From the NCBI GenBank assembly GCA_013239625.1, contig MU053881.1, positions 16,544,373-16,608,372 of the forward strand: DNA of 64,000 bases. The letters run 5' to 3'. Of this stretch, positions 1 to 14,300 are shown in pieces. The notes beneath the pieces are model-generated. The model was not told where the DNA came from. It saw only the letters and a program-made list of their open reading frames with translations, and did no database searches. The DNA comes from Lama guanicoe (taxonomy: Eukaryota). Numbering within the stretch: the stretch's first letter is position 1; each line of letters starts with the position of its first letter. Made by a program: the position numbers and the translations under genes.

Positions 1-639
1 AGCCCCTTCTCGTGTCTCTGTTCTGTCAGCAGTGTTTACCTTAGCTCTGGCTTAGCAACTTCTGATCTGGCAATCAGAGGGAACAGTCAGTTTCAGGGAG
101 GTTCAGGACGCCCCAGTGTTTGCTGATACTCTTTGAGCGCTACTGAGTTAAGTCCCGGTTTCCTCACCTGCAGAATGTGGTCAGGTCTGCCAGGAGGACC
201 ATGCACACAGCTGAAATAAAGGTTGTGCAAGCAGCGAGGGAAACTAAGTGGAAAGTGGAATGCAGGGACTATCAAGTGAGCTCTTCTCTAGCCCTGTTTT
301 TGCATCAGCAGCTGGTTTTCCAAGCAGGAACTCAGACGGAGATGTCTTCTGGTGTCATGTGCCTAACTTCCTGCAAAACTTGGCCACAGCTTTGAAAAAC
401 ACAGCCAGTATGGGTTCTCAGTTTTGCTGGGAAAATGGCAGGATGTGCTGGTTTTCAAGTCAGTTTATATGAAGTCAAATCTTGCACTTTGGCCTTGTCT
501 GTTGAATAAAATGCACCATGACATAATCACGTGTTTGCATTTTCTCAGGCAAGCGCGCACGGGAGGCTGTGCTATGGCCCTGTGCTCGGCTCTGTTGTAT
601 CTGGGCTATTTTTGCAGGGTGCAAAGTAGGTTAGGGCCA

Positions 640-800
640 CACTCTGGCTTCTCACTCATTGGCTGTGTGACTCTGGGCAAGGTAACCTTGGTCTCCTCAC
701 CCATAAATTGGAGCAAAGAGTAGTACCTGCCATAGCACTGTTGGGACGATTAAATAAGTACAGGATAGAAAAGAGTGAGCGCTCAGTAAATGTGATCCAC
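640..800 (+). mobile_element. MIR-like SINE remnant
   Basis: ggctgtgtgactctgggcaag...gcgctcagtaaatg resembles degenerate MIR core; boundaries approximate. Confidence 0.5.
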
Positions 801-852
801 TATTTATCAGAACAAGGAATTATAGATACCTTTCTAAAAGCTTTTTTAAAAA

Positions 853-1036
853 ATATTTTTATTGAAGTATAGTCATTTTGCAGTGTTGTGTCAATTTCTG
901 GTGTACAGCACAGCGCTTCAGTCGTATAGGAATATACGTATTTTCATTTTCATATTCTTTTTCACCGTAAGTTATTACAAGGTGTTGTATGTGGTTCCCT
1001 GTGCTATACAGTATAAACTTATTGTCTATCTATTTC
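853..1036 (-). mobile_element. LINE-1 3' end fragment
   Basis: tttttattgaagtatagt...gttccctgtgctatacagta, typical antisense L1 3'UTR end. Confidence 0.75.
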
Positions 1037-2599
1037 TAAAAGTTTTAAAACAAAAGTGAATTTGTTTTACAACTGTCATTTTGAAACAAGCAAGGCCAGT
1101 GATCCTTGCTTTGTTTTGCATAAGAGCTCCTGCCCATGGATGGAAACTGGAGTCAGCGCTGGGTGAACTCAATCCTGGGAGGATTAGGAGGGGCTAGAAC
1201 ACTGAACCTCAAAGGGTTTCCTCTCCAATGTGATACTCCTGTGTTCCTCATCTCAGCCTGTGCTCGTGTGAACTGTGAAATTTTAAAGACCTCTCAACAG
1301 AAGAATGTGAACTTGTTCCCTGACATGCTCCCCTACCTGTCGCCCCATGTGTAGATTGCCTCTGGGCTGGAGGGTAGAGTGAAGAGGCCACGGGAACTTT
1401 TCAGGTTATGTCTTAGTATTTTAAGACGTGAGACCAACTGAACATTCAGATCAAAAGTTATATTGAACCTAATCACTAATCCAGAGTCAAAACGGCCTCT
1501 TAGCACAGCGGGCTGGTGGAGGAGAAAGCCCTCCTGGGCCGGCTCCATCTGGTTTCCATTCTCGAAGTCATCCCCCAGCTGTCTGCAGCCTCTTACACTG
1601 AAAGCCTTGTCCCCTGGCCTCTTCCCTTTGCACCTTTGCCCTGGGCTTGCTTTGGGGTTGGGCATAGGCAGGGGTCCCTGTTGCCCACTCTCAGCACTCA
1701 AAGGGCTCTGGCCCAGCAGAGCGGCCGCCTGCACAAGTGAGCTGTTTGTGCCCGAGGTCTCTGCCTGTCGTTGGGGGACTCGAGGCATTGGCAGCATTTG
1801 TCCTCAGCTCTGCTGCAATGGCATATCGGGCACCTTGCAGGTGTGACTTCACCGTCCCTGGGAGGAAGTAGTGTGATAAGAGGAAGTGCCAATTAGATCT
1901 GGTGGTGTTTTCCCATTTTGCCCTTTCTGCTTTTGTAGTACCTGAAGTATGTGTAATTAAATCAGAACTTCTGCTGTCACTGTCCCAGATTACCCAAACT
2001 GATTCCTGTACTCGGAGAGGAATGGGTGACGCATGCTCTGTGGTTTTCCATTAGTTGTAGATCATCAGGGATTGACACCTGGCCATGGAATGTCTCTGGG
2101 ATGAACCCTTAGCAACAATGGTCCAAGCCCTTAGCACTGATGGATCCAGGGCTTCAGAGCCTTTTCTGGACTATTTGGGGTCTTCTTTCTCCTGATTGTG
2201 GATCCAGTTCCGAAGCATTTGGGAAATTTAAGACAGTTGTTAACCGTCTGTGCTCCAAATACAGTTAACTCTTTTTTTCATTGGAATCATGGTAGCTTGT
2301 AAACCTCTCTCTTGCCTACTATGAAATCTTTAAAAAAAATCTCACTGGAAATGCATTTCAGACCTGTGCCTCACTGACTGCTGGCAGGAAGGGGACCTTT
2401 GTCAAGGTGGGGGTCCCTGGGGTCTGTGCATTCTGTTCCCATGAGCCAGGGGCACATGATGTGCTATCTGGACCCAGCACTGTCACCTTAACTGACAGAT
2501 GGCCAACAGCCTGCCTTGCTCTGCTTCCTCTGTCAGCCTTACTCTTCTGGGGAGATGTGTTTGAAAGCATGCAGAGCTTTTTTGCTTGTTTGTTTGATT

Positions 2600-3665
2600 A
2601 ATTATTTTATATTGAGATTGTAATTGACATATAACGTTACATAAGTTTCAGGTGTACAACATAATGATTTGATATTTATACATATTGTGAAATGATCACA
2701 ATACTTAATTAACATCCTTCACCACACACAGTTATCAATTTTTTCTCTTGTGATAAGAACTTTTAAGAGCTACTCTTAGCAACCTTCAAATATGCAGTAC
2801 AATATTATTAACTATATGAACCATACCATACATTGTATCTTGTGACTCACTTATTTTATAACTGGCAGTTTGCACCTTTTGACTACCTTTACCCATTTTG
2901 CCCACCCAATAGTCCCACCTCTGGCAACCACCAGTCTGTTCTCTGTATTGGTGAGTTTGGTTTCTTGTTTTGTTTTTGGTTTTTTTAGATTCCACATACA
3001 AGTGAGATCATACAGTATATGCCTTTTCCTGTGTGACTTACTTCACTTAACATAATGCCCTCGGGGTTCGTCTGTGTCGTCACAAATGGCAAGGTTTCCT
3101 TCTTTTTAATGANNNNNNNNNNNNNNNNNNNNNNNNNNNNNNNNNNNNNNNNNNNNNNNNNNNNNNNNNNNNNNNNNNNNNNNNNNNNNNNNNNNNNNNN
3201 NNNNNNNNNNNNNNNNNNNNNNNNNNNNNNNNNNNNNNNNNNNNNNNNNNNNNNNTGTGTGTATCTTTTCAAATTAGTGTTTTTGTTTTCTTTGGAAAAA
3301 TACCCAGAAGTGGAATTCCTGGATTGTATGGTAGTCCTATTTTATCTTTTTTAAGGAATCTCTGTACTGTCTTCCATAGTGGCAGCACCATTTTACAACC
3401 CCACTAACAGTGCACAAGGCTTCCCTTTTCCCCACATCCTCACCAACACTTGTTATCTCTTGTCTTTTTGGTGGTAGCCGTTCTGACAGGTATGAGGTGA
3501 TAGCTTGTGGTTTTGATCTGCATCTCCCTGATGTTGGTGATGTTGAACATCTTTTCCTGTACCTGCCAGCTATCGTATGTCTTCTTTGGAAAAATGTCTG
3601 TGTAGCTCCTCTGCCTATTTTTTGATTGGATTGTTTGTTTTTTTTGCTGTTGAGTTGTATGCATT
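2600..3665 (-). mobile_element. LINE-1 3'UTR/ORF2-end fragment (contains N gap 3113-3255)
   Basis: Antisense L1 text (ttagattccacatacaagtgagatcatacagtat); minus-strand ORF 3440-3664 has L1 ORF2-like IREMQIKTT..YHL.PVR. Confidence 0.85.
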
Positions 3666-5262
3666 CATGCAGAGTTTTAAACCCTGGAGGTCACACGGGC
3701 TGTGATGGTGGACACTGCCATCAAAATCATGAGAAGCTAAAGGTGACAGCCTCCCCAGGATGGTATTGGGTGAGGGCCCTGGGCAGGAGGAAGCGCCAGC
3801 CAGAGAGCTGTGTACACTTAGCTCTTCATTTTTCTACTTGGTGTCATCTTTTCTTTCTCAAATTGTTTAGTTTTTTCCTGCCTTTTCAAGATTTCCCTCT
3901 CTTTTCCCCCTTTTCTTTTGTTTTGACTTCCTTTCCCCTTTCAGACCTCTGTGCTCTTTTCCTTCTACTTTCATTCTGTCTTGCTGGTATTCTTGTACTT
4001 TCACTTCTTCCTGTGTTTGCAGGTGTTGACATCCCCCAGAGAAGCTGACCGTAATCTGGGCATTATTTTTAACCTGAAATGACTTCTTCTAGCACAGCAG
4101 TATGCAAGTGTTGGGCTGGTTCAAATCAGTGATTATAAGTGAAAGGAACTCACTTCCCCCTAGTTTTGTTCTTTATGAAAAATTACACAATAACATTCAA
4201 AGACTTTAAAAATAAACACTGTCATCCCACCTCTGATGTGGTACTCATTTTTCCTGGCTTTCTTCTCTTTAGCTGTTCATACACACCTGTTCTTCCGTAC
4301 GACTAACGTATTGGTGCTTTCACTTTCCTTAGCTCACTAAACCAGAAGCAGGTTTGTGGTGTCCTGCTTTTTTCCTTTCATGCAGTAAAACACCAACATG
4401 TGTAAGTCTTTACAGCCAGCGTCTTAGTGGCTGCTTAATTCCTCCCCCAGCTGGCACACTCCTGCAGGTCCCCTCCTTCCCACTGTGGGATGGCTCGCCG
4501 AGGTTGGGAAGAGAGGCCGTGGACAAGGTGGGAAGTGTGAGGGTTTGGCCACCAGCCTGGCTGAGTTCAGGCGTGGCCTCAATTAGCCACGTGACCCTAG
4601 ATAAGGTGGTTACCTCATGAACGGCAACATCTTAGGGAATCTAATGGCCGGAATGTGCAGTGTCTTTGGTGCTGAGCTGAGGACTTTGAACTTCCTGCTG
4701 GTCATAGTGGGAGCAGTCACTGGCCAGCGCTCTCCTGGCGGCGGGGGCTGGTCAGTGCCTTTTTGCAGAGACCTTTAGGTGGCTGGTGGAGTTCAAGATG
4801 GGTGGGGACGAGACCTGGGGCTGGGAAACCAGTCTGAAGATGTGTGACTGGTGAGTCAAGATGACGTGCAGAAACTCCTGTTCTGGTTCCGGAGCCAGAG
4901 AACAATCTCAAAGGATAAGGATGTCTTTTCCCTCTGAGCTCCCTGACACACTGAAATCCCATTGGGCAGCGAGAGGAAACCGACTCCGGGCTGCTGCTCC
5001 TTCCTGGACAACCGTGTTGTTTGCATTGGAATTGGGGCTTATTTAAGAGCATTAGCATTTCCTTTCTCTACATTGCGTAAGTGTGATACCTCTCTCTGAA
5101 AATAAACTGCAGTCTGTGTATAGAGGATGTTTAAAGTGTATAAAGTTTGATTTTCACTATTGTGTATTTTGGTGATGACAAAACTGGGGGGGGTTGCACT
5201 TTTTTCTTTTTAAGAGGGGTTTTGTGTCTACTTTTGACCAATATCTGTGGTTTTGTTTCTAG

Positions 5263-5304
5263 ATTCCCACTGGAAATCCATTATATGAATCTTATTACAA
5301 GCAG
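5263..5304 (+). CDS. EPS15L1: EPS15L1 exon 2 (42 nt, [14 protein letters not shown]; EH1 start)
   Basis: tttctag|ATT...AAGCAG|gtaagt; 14 codons. Confidence 0.95.
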
Positions 5305-8300
5305 GTAAGTTTCACTGGTGTCTTTTTTTTATTTTGAAATTAACTTAGAGAGTGAGTGACTGGGAAAGCACAGCCCTGAATTGCAGCCTAGTGAGGCCTT
5401 TCATCTCTTGCTGTTTCCACATTATCTGCCAACAGCCGATGTCACGGGTATTGCTTTACCTGCTGCTCTGTTGCTGACGTCTTGACTTGAGTGTTGCTCC
5501 CCCATTCCAGGTAGACCCGGCATACACAGGGCGAGTTGGAGCGAGTGAAGCTGCACTTTTCCTGAAGAAGTCTGGGCTCTCAGACATTATCCTTGGGAAG
5601 GTATGTGATGAATGATAGTGATTTCTCTGTTAAGGCCACCCTCAGCCCCCTCAACCCAAGCAGGTAAAGGCTGGCCTGTGCAGATGGCTTTTCATGGGGT
5701 CTGTACTCCTTGGAAGTGGGCTGGCTGCTGCAAGCTTCTAGGGGCTTTAACTGGTGGATCCAAATGCTCTAATGGCAGCCGCCACTCTCTGCTTGGGTAG
5801 CAGACACGAGGCCTGAGCGCTCTTGGGGTCTTGACAGCTTGTGGATTTATGTCAGCCTTGGAGCCCAGTGCACCGGGGTGTTCTCGAACTCTGCCACTGA
5901 CTGCCATGTGCCCCGGGGGAATCGAAGGTGCAGGTTATTCACCTGCTCTGAGTTTGCAACTGTTGTGGCCTACATGTAACACATGGTGGCCTACATGCAC
6001 CGGTGGTGGCTCCTATTTTGTGAATAAATGGGCAATGATTGGCAGTCACACTTATGAGCATTTTTGTGTTTCCACAGATATGGGACTTGGCCGACCCAGA
6101 AGGTAAAGGGTTCTTGGACAAACAGGTATATACACGTATGCACAGAGCAAGTGGAGGGGCTGGGCCAGAGCCCCCAGGCCGGTCACCTCTGCACTTCCTT
6201 CCTTGTTTCTCCACTGACAAGTATTCCTAGACATAAGTGCGGCCATCAAACTGTTAAAATGGGAAAGTTTCCTTTCGAAATAAAGGCCTTTTGAACTCTC
6301 GGAGCCATCTTTCATGGTTAGCGTATCTTTTAATATTTTGTGTGCTTATAGGTGATTAAAATGTTTTCACAACGTTTTATTTTAAAATAACGTCAGACTC
6401 TCATGGAAGTTGCAAAAAATAGTTCAGAGCGTTCCCGTGTCTCGTCTCCCAGCTCTCACCAGAGCAGAGTGCTCAGAGCCAGTGCAGCACTGAACCAGCA
6501 GCTGGCCTCAGAGCTGACCAGTTTTAGATGCACTGTTTTGTGGTTTTTGTTTTTAGCATATATAGTTCTGTGTAATTTTATCACTTGCATAGATTCAAGG
6601 AACCGTCACCACAGTCAGGATCAGAACCTCCTCAGCCCCCCAAAGAGTCTCCCTCACGCTGCTTGTTGGTAGTCACACCTTGACCTCTGGCAGCCACAGG
6701 CTCTTTCTCTGTCGTGATTTTGTCATTTTGAGAATGTCCTATAAATGGGAGGTTATGGTACTTACAAGTGACTTTTAAATGGTCATGTTCTAATGTAGTT
6801 TGGTCTTTCCCCAAACTGTATTCCGGGGATATAGTTCCTGGTGTCCGAGGGCCTGTGGCCCACCCCCATGGGGAGCACCACCAGCTCTTCCTCCCTTGCT
6901 CGGGGTTCACAGTGCACATCTCTGTGTTTAGGGCTCTGAGGGTCCTTGTGGAAGAGAGCCCTGCTCACTTTGCTTAATGCAGTTCTTCTAACCTTACTTG
7001 TGTCCTCTTTTCCTTACACTCTACACGGACGTTCTGTAGACATTGGCCTGAGAAAGGCTGGTCTAGTGCTCATCTCTTCGAAGAAGTTTTTAAAACCATA
7101 GTTGAATTTATAATTTTAAAAAGAGTTCACATTCTTAGGCCTGTTGATCAACTGAAAAAAAAAAAAAACTAGCTGATGCTGCACGAGTCCACTATGCCTG
7201 TGGCATGGCTGGTTCTGGGTTAGGAGGAGGGTGAGGAGGAGCCAAAGTCCCTGGCAGCCTGGTTCAAGTCCTTTGTCCTTGCGTGGGAGGTGAAGTCCAC
7301 GTCAGGCCATTGCCGGGGCGGGGAGGGGTGAGTGGGGGATACTCTGTTCAGCGAGACCAAGGGGGCTGCAGTGAATCGTGTTCATTCCCAAACAGCTGTG
7401 TCTGTTCCAAACCATTTTAAAAAAAAATCAACACATTTTTGACCCATCCTTTAGACTCATAAACTGTAGTCTGCTACTTACACAATCTAGCGTTTCCTAA
7501 ATGTTGAGAGCTCATTATTTTTGAAAATACATTTATTTGAAAATTTCCAGCATTCAGAAAGCAATGGGCTAAGTCTGTTTTAGTATATTCACTTAAACAG
7601 TGCTCCCAGGGTGAGACCAGTTCACCTCGACACTGCAAGTGATTTTCACACATAGCTCTTTGTTGAAGTGAGATGAAAAATCCCTCTTTGCCCGAAGCCC
7701 TCTGCCGCAGACAGCCCTGCCACTGCCGCTGTGCCAGCAGGGTGGGGTTTACACCTCCCCGTTTTTTGCAGGGTTTCTATGTTGCACTGAGACTAGTGGC
7801 CTGTGCACAGAGCGGCCACGAAGTTACCTTGAGCAATCTGAATTTGAACATGCCGCCACCTAAATTTGTAAGTGTCGAAATCCTTCAAGTTCACATTCTA
7901 ATATCATCTATCTGTTTTACCATGTGTTCTCTCTCCCTCTTTAAATTTTTTTTATTATGGTGGAATTCACATAATCTAAAATTAACCATTAAAAAAATGA
8001 CAGTGTGTATACAGTATTGTGTAACCATCACCTTCATCTAGCTCTAGAGCATTTTCATCACCCCAAAAGGAGACCCTGTGCCCATTAAGTAATCACACCC
8101 CATTTCCCCCTCCCCCAGCCCTTGGCAGCCAGTAACTGGCTTGCCGTCTCTATGCATTTGCCTGTTTTGGGCATCTTATGGAATCATACATCTGGCTTCT
8201 TTCATTCAGCATAACGTTCTCAAGGTCCATCTACACTGTAGCACGTGTCAGTGCATCGTTCCTCTTTGTTGCTGAATGAGATTGCATTGTGCAGTCTACC

Positions 8301-11300
8301 CCATTTTGTTTATGCATTCATCTGTTGACGGACATAATAATTCATGTACAAGGAATTGTTTGCACACCTGCTTTCAGTTCTTTTGGGTCTATCCCTAGGA
8401 GCAGAATTGCTGAGTTATATGGTAACTCTGTGTTTCACTTTTTGAGGTCTTTTCCCTTTCTGAAAGCACTTTGAAACCTGTATCCTTTCAATAAACACAT
8501 CTTCTGGTAGTGGAATTATATGCCAGCTACAGCGGAATGTTTCTGTCTCTTCTCAGCATGACACCAGCAGCCCTCTGATGGTCACGCCGCCTTCCGCAGA
8601 GGCCCACTGGGCTGTGAGGGTGAGTGACTGGGGGCACCCCTCAGCTGTCTTTCACATACAGTTGTTTCAGCTGTTTAGGACATCCACAACATTGCATGAG
8701 ATGACCCTATCATCTACTCTGTTTCAGAGAGAGTATGCCATAGAATTTGGACAAAATACTTCTCCAAATTAAAGCCTTTTGAAAGGCTGTTACCTTTATT
8801 TGGGTGTTGCTGCCTAAGGCAATTAGCTAAGTTTCAGACGTTGGATTCTTAAAATTTTACAGTTTTAATCTTGCACTTCTAGGTCACGTTCTGTGGTTTT
8901 GTTGTTTGGGTTGGTTAATCAGGACAGAAAAGGAAATTGTGAGAATTTGCAAGCATGAAGATCTCCAAGGTGTCTTCTTAGCTTCCTCTCTTATTCCAGC
9001 CAGTTTATGCATGAGAATTCCTTCCTTTCTGTTACTCTTCTCCTGGCACGTAAAGTGTTCTTTTTAAGACAGGATATTGTGGCTGCAGAGCTGTGTTGCT
9101 ACTTCTAGAAAGAAAATTAACAACTAGTGTCTTCTAATAAGTGCAGACTTAATTCTAAAGAAACTCCTGTGGGATTCAGCCGGTCTCCCAGATGATGAGA
9201 CCTCCCCCACTCGCTGCAAGGCAGTTGTCACATTTCCTCACTTGAATTTGGCTTAAATACTGACATTAATAGCAGTCTTGCTATAAAATAGACTGCCCTC
9301 CCCCTCTTCCTGGAGTTTTGTCTTATTTTACAGGGTTGGTCTATTCTCTTCTTGGAAGGGTTGGGATGGGGAGGTGTGTGCGGGACAGGGCAGGCGGAGG
9401 CCTCAGGTGACCGAGGGGTCAGGAAGTTGCCCTCCTGAGCGGTTGAGCACTTGGCTGGTGGCAGTCACAGCACTGAAGGATTTCTTCCTCCTCAGTCCAG
9501 TTACACGGCACCTACCGGGAAAAGAGCTGCTTTGTGGAGAAAAGCAATGCCAAAGGGATCTTATTCCTTGAACTGTTTTGGCCCCTTTGCGGCAGAGTCT
9601 GTGTTGAGGCCTCCAGAGAAGGGTGGGCAGCTGAGGCGCCTGCAAGGCCTTGAAGAAGGGAGTCAGGGCAGAAGTGGCACCAGGAGAGGGTAGAGAGCTT
9701 CGAGGTCCGTTCAGAGAAGCAGTGACAAACCCAAAGTGCCAAGTGTTCCTTTCCCTTGTGAAAGTTCCCAGGCTTCTTGAAGCCCCGAGTCAGCGAGTCT
9801 GACAGTTCCGGGGAGAAGGCCATGCCCCAGGCGGACACAGGGAGTCGGGCTCCTCAGTGCTTGCAGTGACTCGCATGTACGATATCTGCTTCTGCTCGGA
9901 TTTCAGCTTTTTCTCTTTTTCCTTTTTAATTGTGGTAACATACACATAACATAAAGTTCATCTTCTTAACCATTTTTTTTTACAGTTGAAATATAGTTGA
10001 TATACAATATTATGTTAATTTCAGGTATACTCCATAGTGATTTGACATTTGCATGTATTATGAAATGATCACAATAAGTTGGTAACCATCTGTCCCCATA
10101 CAAAGTTACTACAACATTACTGACCACATTCCTTATGCTGTATGCTACATCCCCATGGCTTATTTATTTTGTACCTTAAAATTTGTACCCTGTAATTCCC
10201 TTTACCTGTGTTGCCCAACCCCCCACCCACTCCTCTCTGGCAGCCACCTGTTTGTCCTCTGTATCTATGAGTCAGTTTTCATTTTGTTTTGTCTGTTTTG
10301 TTTCTTAGATTCCACATACAAGTGAGATCACACGGTATTTCTCTGTCTGACTTATTTCACTTAGCATGAAACCCTCTGGTCCCATCCACGTTGTCAGAAA
10401 TGGCAAGATTTCTTTTCAGTTTTTTTGTGACTGAGTAACATTCTGTTGTGTATAAATACCACCTGCTCATTTTCAGTCAGTTTCAGGTCAGAACTCATGT
10501 TGGCGTCTCTTACTTTTTCACTCACTCAGGCTGTTTCCTTCCAACTAGGTAGAAGAAAAGGCAAAATTTGATGGAATTTTTGAAAGCCTCTTACCCATCA
10601 ACGGTTTGCTCTCTGGAGACAAAGTCAAGCCAGTCCTCATGAACTCAAAGCTGCCTCTTGATGTCCTGGGCAGGGTAAGTGGTTCTCGCACAGCTGGCGT
10701 TGCCGCTGAGTCCGGTCAGCCCCACGCTCCCCTCCCCACCGCAGACACTTGTGAGGCTTTACTGCATGGCTGTGCACCATCAGGTTTCATAAGAGCCGAC
10801 GTGGGTGGAGCACGTGCTGCAGTTGGGCTCGCTCAGGACCTCACGGGATGCAGCTCACAGAGGCTCCCTAGCTGGTGGGAAGGTGCTGGTTTGGGCCCCT
10901 CACACACGTGTGGATGTAGCCTCAGAAGTGAGCTCGCTACCTGGGGCTGAGGACAGGCAGAGCTGGGACTCGAACCCAGACTGACTTCGCCCTCTCCATT
11001 GTGCTTCTGGGGAGGAGTGTGGGAGTGTATGTCTGCGTCTCTTTACTTCTTTTCTGTTTTTAATTACTTTTTTTCTGCCTATGAACCTAAGGTAAAGGCA
11101 CTTTAAATTCTGCTGCAAGTTTAGGTAAAATATTCCCCTTCCCTCTCAGTTTTGTTCCTATTAAATACAATTTTTAAAGATACAGTTTTCTGTACCAGAC
11201 TGTTTTCCTTCTAATGAGATTTGCTTTGCAGTCCCGTGTTTGCTCTGTGCACAAAGCCCAGTTCTGCGTGGCTGTCTCTGTGCTGAGTTTCCTGCTCTGG

Positions 11301-14300
11301 ACCAAGAAAGGATGGATGTTGTCATCTGTCTGGATGGAATTGCTGATGGGGCAATTCCAAGGTCTAGAGCCGGAGGCCTGAGCATGGTCCCTGCTGTCCC
11401 AGGCCATACCCTTGGATCTAGCTCATGACATTTGGTAGAACCTTGGGGGAAAGTGCGAATTCCTGCCCACTTGGTTCTCTTAATAATGTTCTTGTTTGAA
11501 TATTGCTTTTGCAGCTAATGGCCCATTTGATACGACCCAGCTAGGACTTTGTTTTGAAATGAGGCCACTAAGAAAGAGGCTCTCCCAGATCCCTTTGTCT
11601 TCCTTTTGGCCATGGGGTGGTGAAGATGGAGCCCTGTGATGGGGACCCACACTGCTTACCAGTGGTCTTCATGGGCATGAGTTTTAATTGCAACAGGATG
11701 GGGATCCTTTCCTGCACAGTGTGCACCTTTATTTGGCAGCCCTTGCAAAATAACTGACAATTGGATGTAATAATGTTGTAGAGCCAAATCAAAACAAGGT
11801 AAAGAGTTTGACAGAGGTGGAGTGTGCTTTATTAGAAAGAGAGCTGTGTCTGGGAAGGGTGGGTTCTGTAAATCTTCTACCCTGGCTCTAGGTCTTGTCC
11901 ACAGAGGTCACTTCTCATCTACTCTTCACCTTCTCTCCCTCCAAACACCAACGCACATCCATGTACCCAACCATGTATGCATGCATCCATGTCCATGCAC
12001 ACATCCATGTCCACATACCCATCCATATCCATGCACCCATCCATCTGTGCGCTCATCTATCCGTGCATGTGGGCATCCATCCATATTCATGCACCCATCC
12101 ATCCGTGCGTGCATACATCAGTGCACTCTTACATCCATCCGTGCATCTGTGCACACACTCATTCATCTGTGTATCTGTGCACCCATGCATTCTGCATCCA
12201 TTTGGTTGTTCAGAAGCATGTTTTGGAGTCTGCTCTGGGCCAGCCTTGTGCTGAGAACTGGGAAGATGGGGATGGAATTAGATACAGTTCAGGAGGTCAA
12301 GTAAGTAATAGTTAAGATCCTAATATTTAATTTTTGAGGACTTAGGATGTGCTAGGCCCTATTCTAGCACTTTGCACAGATGAAGTCATTGGGTACCAAC
12401 TACTTTGTTATGGATGGTATCACTTCTGTTTTCAATATGAGGAAACGGAGACCTTCAGAGTAACCAGTAAGTCGCCTAAGGTTGCACAGAGAGGGGAATG
12501 AAGTCCTGGTGGTTCCCAGAGCCCTCACGCTTCCCTAGTCCTCCCTCTCCTGCCATTCCCCCCTGATAATCACGGCTCTGCTTGGTGAGGACAGAGGGGG
12601 AGGTACCTGATCCTCCTGAGCAGAGGGTTACAGGGCAGACAGGGAAGGCCTCCTAGAGTAGAGGCCCCTGGGTTATAGCCTCCAGAGGGAAGGAACAGGT
12701 GGCAGATGGCAGGTTGAGAAGGCCAGGCCATGACAGCACGAGCGGAGCCAGCCTGGCATGCCGGGTAGGGCTGGCATTCTCACTGCTCACTTCCACCCCA
12801 GGGGACGTTGAGCATATCTGGAGATATTTTTGGTTGTCCCACCTGGGTTGGGCGCTATTGATATCAAGTAGGTGGAGGCCAGGCTTGCTGCTCAGTATCC
12901 TACAGTGCACAGGATGTCTCAGCACAGAGATGATCTGGCCCTGGAATATCAGTGGTGCTGATGCAGGGAAGGCTGGTGCGGGGAGGCTGTGGAGCCGTAT
13001 TTTTGGGAAAGTTACTCTTCCTGAGCTTCTGCTTCCTAAACTGAGACCACAGACGAAGCTCTCAGCCCAGTGCCAGACACCTTTAAAAAGGCATCCATAA
13101 TCTTGAGGTGACTGTGAACAGTGTGATGTCCCTAGAGGTCAAGATGGAGTCGCAGGAGGCTGGACCAAGGTGCCCACTAAGGGCGCAGTGGGCTCCACGT
13201 GCCAGGTGGGGGTGTAGGAGCTAAATGCCTTCAGCAGGGTGTGGCGGAGTCAGAGTGCATTATGGAGCAAGCCCTGTGGTTACCCTGGGAGCAGGACTAG
13301 AGTCAGGGAGGCCAGCTGGAAGCTCTGGCCTCTGTGGAGTGTTGGAAAGGCTGAAGCCAAGGACATAGCTGCAGGGGGTGAAGAGGAGGACCCCCCTATG
13401 AGAAACATGCCTGGGCTGAAGAAGCCAGTGATTGATTAGGGGGTGGGTACCAGCATATGGAACACCATGGATGGACCCTGGGCATCTGCCTGGCTCTGGG
13501 CACTGGTGCCACGTGCAGCACTGTCCAAGTCAGGCAGGCCTGCCGGTCCTGAAGGGTTGATTTGGGTCAGGAAACGGATGCCTTGATTGTGCTTTAGAAA
13601 ACCCGGCACACAGCCTCTGATCCACGCTTGCGTTGTCTTTCAGAGTGCTAGGTGGGCCTAGCGTACTTTGTGGTACCTTCCTCACCGTCCACTGACTGGA
13701 GAGGAGACAAGATCCCATAACCCTGCTTAAATCCATTTTTGTGGCTCTGCCCACCATGAATAGGGGTGGGGACTGGATTCGTGTGTGTGTGTGTGTGTGT
13801 GAAGTGGCTTGTGTTGAAAGCACATCTGCTCCAAAACCAAAGAATCTAAAAATCAGGTGGACGTGATTATAATCATGATCATTTGTTAGAGAACATGAAC
13901 ATAATATGGTGGAAAGGATCTTGGAATACTTCATTGAATGATGGTTTTTCAGAGAACCTACAGACCGGTTCTTGAATGCATTTTAACCCTCATCTTAACC
14001 CCGGTATGCAGTCAGAACTTGAGTTCTGAGGGGAGCGTCTGCTGCCCCCCCCACACCCTTAGTACTGGCCCCCCCCCCCCACACCCTTAGTACTGGCCCG
14101 GCTAAGCCTTGCCGCTCTCTCCCTTGCAGGTCTGGGACCTCAGTGACATCGACAAGGACGGGCACCTGGACAGAGATGAGTTTGCTGTGGTAGGCCCCTG
14201 CTGTGACTCTTTTCCCACTCTGTACAGCCCACGTGGGGGTTTCTGGACTTTGTTTTCTTCTTTAATTTTTAAGTGTTTATGTTGATATAATTTGGGTTTA

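Noticed and set aside
11822-12315. Overlapping His/Pro/Cys-rich ORFs
   Set aside because: Explained by the CATC low-complexity repeat.
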